A stretch of 63,977 bases of DNA from Lama glama. Its lineage: Eukaryota. A program made the translations under genes and the position numbers. The stretch lies in the NCBI GenBank assembly GCA_028534125.1, contig CM052817.1, positions 27,964,024 through 28,028,000 of the forward strand, read 5' to 3'. Of the stretch, positions 56,894-63,977 are shown piece after piece. The stretch's first letter is position 1; every line of letters begins with the position of its first letter. The notes under the pieces were generated by a model. The model did no database searches and was not told where the DNA came from. It worked only from the letters and a program-made list of their open reading frames with translations.

Positions 56894-57284
56894 CTGAAAG
56901 AAAACTGGGAATCGGTTAATCATCTGCATTGAAAATAGTTACAAATATACAACCCATTGTATTTAATCACAGAATACGGTAAAAATGTTATTGGCGAACA
57001 AGAACCACTTATCTTTGCAAAATGGTATAAAATTATCTAGGAGTGAGGCCAAGGATGGGGCAATCTTTTAAAAAGATGAAGCTTTGTATGTTTTTTTTAA
57101 TGGTTATATATTTTAGCTTAATAAAGATGAATCTATCCATTCTGTCCACTTAATTGACATCTCACTGTTCCATGATTCTCTCCTGATGACATAAAAATAA
57201 AAAGAGGAACTTACCCAATGAAATCTTTACCCTGTGTAAGGAAACCTCAACACTAGAGAAACTAGCTTGTATGTACTCACTACT

Positions 57285-57425
57285 CCTCAGATGACCTTAC
57301 AGAATAGGTGTTGGTTATAAACCACAATTTACAGAGGATGAAAGTAAGTCTTAGATTCTAAGTTATTCGCCCAAGATCACAGAGGAAGAGCTTAGACTCA
57401 AACCCACATCTGTCTGCAAAGCCCC
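57285..57425 (-). mobile_element. MIR fragment
   Basis: tttacagaggatgaaa, gcccaagatcacag, gactcaaacccacatctgtctg. Confidence 0.65.
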
Positions 57426-58874
57426 ATTTTGTATAAGCAAATATAGTGAAATGATTACTGTATTCTAAATTAAAAAAAAAAAACAACAACAGCTTGGGTG
57501 TCTTTCTCATCTTACTACCTGTTAGCATTTTTGTGAGAATGGCCTGAAGACAAATTAAAGACATACGATGTTCAGAAACTTAGAAGGAACTTAAGGGATA
57601 GGTCTGCCACAGAGCTGTTGGTAAACAATACAACTCCAACCAAGTAACAATTTGGCTTGCTGACCAAGCCGAGTGGAGCAAGCTACACTGATAGCCATAC
57701 CCCCATCATATTATGAAAAAATATATTGCCCCACTCTTAGGAGCCAAATGAACCCCAAAACAAGTTTTAATAATTAATCAAGAGAAGAAAAGCCCTTTTT
57801 TTTTTTGGTTAAAAGCTTTTTGTTCTTCCCCCTTCCTATTCTTCCTTGACCCCTACAATAACACCTTATTGGGGGGAGCGGGAAGGAAAGAATGATGTCC
57901 TCCGCGGGAGTCACAGTAAGAAGTCACTGCAGAGACACTGTGGTCTATTTGCACTACCAGGGAAGAAATAGGGTGGGCAAGGTTGGAGGGGACCTTCTCA
58001 TCTACGGTATATATGTTGGTTATCCAGGTAGGAAAACTCTGAATGCCTTGATTCAAAAGAGATTGATTTCAGATGAAATCTGGATTATCTGAAATTGATA
58101 AATTGTCAGGGACCTCGGAATCAAAACCTCCCTTTCTCCAAAAAGGGCAACTGGGGAAATAAAAAACAGCAAGACTGGGCATAAACTAGCCCTTAAAGTA
58201 ATGTGTTGTAAGAGTACTCTATTTTAATCTTGCTTTTAGTGGGTGCTACCAAAGTTCTCTGCAGCCCCGGCACTTAGAGAGAACACCACCCAGGTTACCA
58301 TCTGACTGCTCTTTAATCACTTCCTGTGTCTTAATGTTTGCTCTCCCATCAGACTACATGCTTCATAAAATCGGGATCCTATCTGTCTACACGACAGTGT
58401 TAAGGGGTTTTCGTAAGTCTGTTAGACTCTAATTGTACTGTCTTCCAAACATCTTTATTCACAGTAAGACCAAAAAGAAAAAAATAAAGGCTTATGGTTA
58501 TTAGCTGAAGATTAACAGAAAATATTAGCATCTTATATGGTCTGATGTGGTTACCTCAGTGGCCTGGAAAAACCAAGGGCTCACTGAATGCTAAATAGCC
58601 CTCCCAGCTCTGTGAGGAAAGCAGGGAGCTTACTTCCCCCTCCTGATGCCTATGCTTTAGTTCACTTTCTCAAACATATCCAAGCATCTCTTTCTTTTGG
58701 ATTCTGAGCTCCTAATGTGTCATTTACTCCCCTTTCCAGTCTGGTGTGTGCATAGGGACAGACAGAAGAGAAAGTCAAGATGGCAAAAATTTTTTGACTA
58801 CATGTTCTAATTGGAGGAACATCATGACAAAGCAGTTTTAGTCCTCAAAATACTGAAGTTATAAAAATATTTAG

Positions 58875-58996
58875 TGGGGAGGGTATAGCTCAGTGGTGGA
58901 GTGTGTGCTCAGCATGCAAGAGGTCCTGGGTTCAGTTCCCAGTACCTCCATTAAAATAAATAAATAAACCTAATCACCGCCCCCCCCAAACAAAAC
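58875..58996 (+). mobile_element. tRNA-derived camelid SINE (Vic-1-like)
   Basis: ggggagggtatagctcagtgg...ctgggttcagttcccagtacctcc, tail aataaataaacctaat; 12-bp TSD aaaaatatttag at 58863-58874 and 58997-59008. Confidence 0.88.
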
Positions 58997-60009
58997 AAAA
59001 ATATTTAGGGCTTCAGGCCAATACCCTGAGCCTTCTCAAGTAACTGACATTAGTAATTACAATTGAGGATTATGAAAAAGGGTAAGCTTATCAAACTGCA
59101 ATAGACTGACTGAAAATCTGATTTGTCCAATTGCAGGCCACAGCATATTTATATTTTTAGTAAGGAATTTTTGGAGATATGAATTCTTAATCCAAAGAAA
59201 GGTTTTTCATGGTGGAAACTGCATGCATTAAGGCAGCTTTACAGAGTGACTTTTACACATGTGTACAGCCCACTGCTCCATGTTTCTCTACAAAGCCAGA
59301 AAAATGTGTTGATTCTAAGATGCTTTACCTAAATTCTCCACCTGCAGCTATCTCAAAAACCTGTGAACAGTCAGCTGCATCTCACCTTGAAGAACTGACC
59401 TTTGTGGTAAGAGTAATGAACAGAGCTGTTTACTTTCAAGAGTGGGGACGCAACACCTTGTATTGGGTTTTGTCACTGTAATATTTTTTAGAAAACCAGG
59501 TACTGGCAATGTAACCTTGTGCAACAGAGCAAAGGCTTCAGAGCAGTAACTAGGATGAACGGTTAGTGTTTGAGAGCTGAAGTCTGCCTGTCTGTGAATG
59601 ACTGGAGGTACACTGTGCAGATTGGTAGGTCCTTTGAGAAACATTACACACATTCAGAAAGGCCAAGGAAGAAAGAACCCTGAACTAAAGCCATCTGCAC
59701 CAAGGTTTATCATATTACTTGGCATGTGGGTCAGACTCTTGGTTTCAGTTTATTGATTTTATTTTGAATTGCGCAAAATATTATATAAGCTAAAGGAAGA
59801 GACCTGCCTTGCAATTGGGTTAACACAAGTCAGCCTGCACTCAGTGCTAACAAACCACTTCCACATGCCAGCATCTTAGCGTGCACGGTCCTGTTCTTTT
59901 CACCTCTGATTATTTTACGACACAGGAACCCACGTATGTCTCGCTTGCTGTTGTTGAGCTCACTGCTTGGCACAGACACTCAAAAAGTATTTTGAGTTGA
60001 ATGATGATA

Positions 60010-61350
60010 GAAAATTTTTCTGTGTGTTGCCACAGTATTTGAAATTTCAGCTTTTACTTGTCATAAAATAGACTAGACTGTAGAATGTCATTAATTTATT
60101 TATAAAATGCTTTCTCTACTGTTGGATATTCATGTATTCTAACTTTTCACTATTATAAATAATGCCACAAAGATAACTTTTATACATGTACATCTATTTC
60201 CCTACTTCATGATTATTTTCTTGGGATAAATTCCCAGAATCCTTTTTTTTTTTTTTTTTGGTGATTCTCAGTATGAAGACTTCAGCTGCTAATCCACAAC
60301 AGTATGTGAATAAAATACTTCATAAAATTTTTGAAATATGAGTCTTTCCCTGACTAGATAGCAAATAAGACCTCAATATTATTTACATTTACAACTTTAA
60401 CTATTAGGTTGAATATTTCACTGAGTCTGGTTGCTTATTATACTTCTTGCTGATGGCAATTTTCTGTTTCCTATTCAGATAACAATGATTTCAATCTTTT
60501 GTTATATTTGGTGCAAATATTTCTATGTTCTCTCTGCCTATTTGTGTTATGTGTTTAAAATTTTATATAATCAAATTCCGTAGATCTTGAGATCTTGCTC
60601 TTCTCCAGATATTTATGAACGTCTTTATTCTATTTGTATGCTTTTCAAAAACAATCTTTTAACATTTTCTTCTAGCCAGTTGGAATTTATTTCAGCACAG
60701 GTTCAAATATGACTTAGATAATAAGCTAAGACGTCACTTAGATATAAACTGTATTATATCTTGAAACTGCTCATCTGTGGTCCCAACATGATTAAATAAC
60801 CCTTTTTTCAGTGATTTTTGCCTTGTTTAGCAAATATTAAATGGGATTTATTTCAGGGTATCCTATTCTATTCTACTCTCCTTTACACTATTCATCAATG
60901 TCAATTCTTCCAAACTATTTTAATAACTTCTACTTCCCATTTCACTTACATTTAATCCTTGCATATAGTTCTTATTTTTCCAAAATATTCTTCTACTTTC
61001 TTAATTGTTTATTTTTAAAATTACAATGAATAGTCAACTCTCAAGGGAAAAAAAAGATAGTTTCCCTGAGGTTATATCATTATTTTTTGAACAACTGGTG
61101 ATGATTTCCCAGGAATATGATATACTTGTACATTTATGTTAACCTTTAACACCTTAAGTTTTGAAGTTTTCCTTACAAAAGTCATAGACACATTCCAAGT
61201 TTACTTGTACGCATCCCATGTGCCACCAGGAATGAGATCTCTTTTTCACTGTATTTTTCTAAATTTCTATTGCTGGAAAAAGAGTGATGTCAATTTCTGA
61301 ATATTTATCTTGAATTCGTCACTGAACCAACTTTTATTAATTCTAATTAA
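60010..61350 (-). mobile_element. Ancient L1 (L1ME-like) fragment
   Basis: ctattataaataatgc, ttcttgggataaattcccagaa, gttatatttggtgcaaatattt; boundaries approximate. Confidence 0.6.
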
Positions 61351-62635
61351 GTGTTATCAGCTCATTTTGGCTGGATGACTTTTGGCAACACTTTAAATTC
61401 TACCCCTTTGTATCTCAAAGTGGGGTGCCCAGGTAAGGCGTGTCACGGATCTCCGAGATAACTGAGAACACTGTCATCACAGGTAATCATGGGCTGGTAA
61501 TATAATGTTTTTTGTCAGTGAAAAATGGAAAAAGTAAGAGTTAAAATTATCCAGTTTTAGAATAATGACTGCCTATTAGGAAAATAAGGCATTTTAACAG
61601 GTTAATTTTAGGGTGAAGTAGTAGATGGTTATCTCCTGGCTTTACAACAAGCACTCCAGGTAAGGAGAGATGGATACACCAACTGACTAGGATATGCATT
61701 TATGTTAATTACCCCGACAAACCTAGTAAATGAAATACAGTTTTAATTCAATCTGTCATACTTGATTCTATCCAACTGGTCTCCCCTCTAAACTATTTAA
61801 ATCCATAAGCACCATACAAGAGCATATAAGAAAGTTCTTCTGAAACAGTAAATTGAGCTTTTTTGGTTTTTTTAATCTTGCTCCGCTGAAAAACAGGTGA
61901 CTATCAAAGAAATACAAAGACACCAAGTTTTTTCCTCTTTGTTATTTTTATGTCAAAGACCAAAGAGAGAGAGAGCTGTGAATTTTCAAATATCCAAAAA
62001 AGGAGATGTCAATCTCTATTCTGGTCACTGATGTAAAATCAACAAAAATGCAATTAATTCAGAGGGCCTCCTGAATTAATTAATGAGGTGACTAGGAACA
62101 CCACAAGGCAGCATCAAGGACATGGTCTTTAACTTGCTTGGAAATACTGGAGTGCAAATAAACTGAGAGTGGATGACACCTCTGTCGTCCTAGTGATCTC
62201 AGAAAACAGAGCCCCTGAGTAGAAAGGCCTTGCCTCCAAAAGGCTCTTACCAAGTTATGAAGGTTACATACTTGGTGACCAGAAGTTAAATGGTCTTCCA
62301 GAACTAAGGGCGATCTAACAATTATTGCTTACCTTTTGAAACTGAGGCCTGAAAAGCATATGAACACTTGGATAACTTCTGTTAAATCATACTCAACTCA
62401 CTAACTGCCATGTTAAGAGGTCCTATCAGCAAATTAACCTCTTGATGCTGTGGAACTGATTTCCAGCTCATTATAAGACGATATTAGTAAGACTTTTCTA
62501 AAAAATGAATTAGCGATGTGCAAATGTGATTAGTCGCAGTATATAAATTTGAAGTAAAATATACAAATGTGAAATATCAGAATCTAATTTTTACTTTACT
62601 TGGACAGTAGATGATTAAAGCAAAAAATTACAACA

Positions 62636-63135
62636 NNNNNNNNNNNNNNNNNNNNNNNNNNNNNNNNNNNNNNNNNNNNNNNNNNNNNNNNNNNNNNNNN
62701 NNNNNNNNNNNNNNNNNNNNNNNNNNNNNNNNNNNNNNNNNNNNNNNNNNNNNNNNNNNNNNNNNNNNNNNNNNNNNNNNNNNNNNNNNNNNNNNNNNNN
62801 NNNNNNNNNNNNNNNNNNNNNNNNNNNNNNNNNNNNNNNNNNNNNNNNNNNNNNNNNNNNNNNNNNNNNNNNNNNNNNNNNNNNNNNNNNNNNNNNNNNN
62901 NNNNNNNNNNNNNNNNNNNNNNNNNNNNNNNNNNNNNNNNNNNNNNNNNNNNNNNNNNNNNNNNNNNNNNNNNNNNNNNNNNNNNNNNNNNNNNNNNNNN
63001 NNNNNNNNNNNNNNNNNNNNNNNNNNNNNNNNNNNNNNNNNNNNNNNNNNNNNNNNNNNNNNNNNNNNNNNNNNNNNNNNNNNNNNNNNNNNNNNNNNNN
63101 NNNNNNNNNNNNNNNNNNNNNNNNNNNNNNNNNNN
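62636..63135. other. Assembly gap (500 N)
   Basis: N run. Confidence 0.99.
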
Positions 63136-63977
63136 CTAACTGACCCTTCTGCACTTTTCTCCCTCTATTAATTAACCTGTCCCCCTATCCCCTAGGGGAT
63201 GTCTGCCTCCACCCAAACAGTACATCCAGCTACTCTCTTCTCCCCTACTCTCCAACTAAACGGTTCCTCTCTGCCATCACTGAAGACATACACTGGAAAA
63301 TACAGCTTACTGCAAAATGTACATGTCTAAGAAACTTTTAAATACATATTCAGCCAACAATGTACAAGCCAACAGGATTTACATAAAGGAAAAGCTGAGA
63401 TTCCCTCATCTCATGGCACTTTCTCAAGGTAAGGAATGCTAACTGATGCACCCTTTCCCTGGACAAACATGTGCATATTTGTTTTCTTTCTTTTTAAAAA
63501 TGTATTTCTCTGCAACTTGGTTTCCCACTTAACAAAAGATACTTTCAGGACAAAGTATAAAGATGGTTTATTTTTGAAAAACAATCCAGTGTACAATGGG
63601 TCAGATAATTGCATAGACTCACAAGACTCCCCAGGGTGTATTCATAAAAAGCTTTAATCAAAGTAGAGGATATGGTACAGCAGGAAAACAAAAGCCTAGG
63701 TAAGAATCAGGAGCCTGGAAATTTCTAGGCACAGTCCCCTGGGGTCCCTTTCCATCCACCTAGGATGTGGATTTTGAACCTCTATGATATGTACAATAAA
63801 TCTTAATTTCAGAGAAGCCTGGGGAAAAGCTTCCAGGGTGTCTTTTATACCCTCTAGCCAACGAAACAAGCTAGGCTATGTATAGGTAAAGCCAGGTAAC
63901 ACATCAATCTATATACATCCTTAAACTGAGCAGAGAGGCTAGTTTCAGATGCTCCAGGGAGTTTCAAACCCTACACA

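Noticed and set aside
58876..58950. tRNA gene (also at 30600)
   Set aside because: A and B boxes are present, but the A-rich tail, TSDs and degenerate cloverleaf indicate SINEs.
62052..62081. 11-bp stem hairpin aattaattcag...ctgaattaatt
   Set aside because: Short and AT-rich, too small for a pre-miRNA, plausible by chance.
63405..63440. gcactttctcaagg as possible exon 6
   Set aside because: It does not translate to VLRNGAWEIVHWEK on either strand.

Overview
Mammalian genomic DNA, most likely from a camelid (tRNA-derived Vic-1-like SINEs). The whole window is an internal part of the P4-ATPase phospholipid flippase gene ATP8A1, with 16 coding exons read directly from the sequence with GT-AG borders and checked phases (exon numbers recalled from the human gene). 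The gene runs on the minus strand, except that exons 16-20 lie on the plus strand in a 17.5-kb block (22779-40293) bounded by two 500-N gaps; this is most likely a mis-oriented scaffold piece. Exons 13-15, including the catalytic DKTGT exon, are absent and probably lie in a gap. Other notable content: a pair of 74-nt mutually exclusive A-domain exons (7a/7b), a decayed SFT2D1 processed pseudogene in intron 18, a SINE carrying an 86-nt 3' extension inside its target-site duplication, an ERV1-type solo LTR 53 bp from a splice donor, and many L1/L2/MIR/MLT/MER relics. Nearly all ORFs in the supplied track are spurious. I found no evidence of a wholly new biological system.
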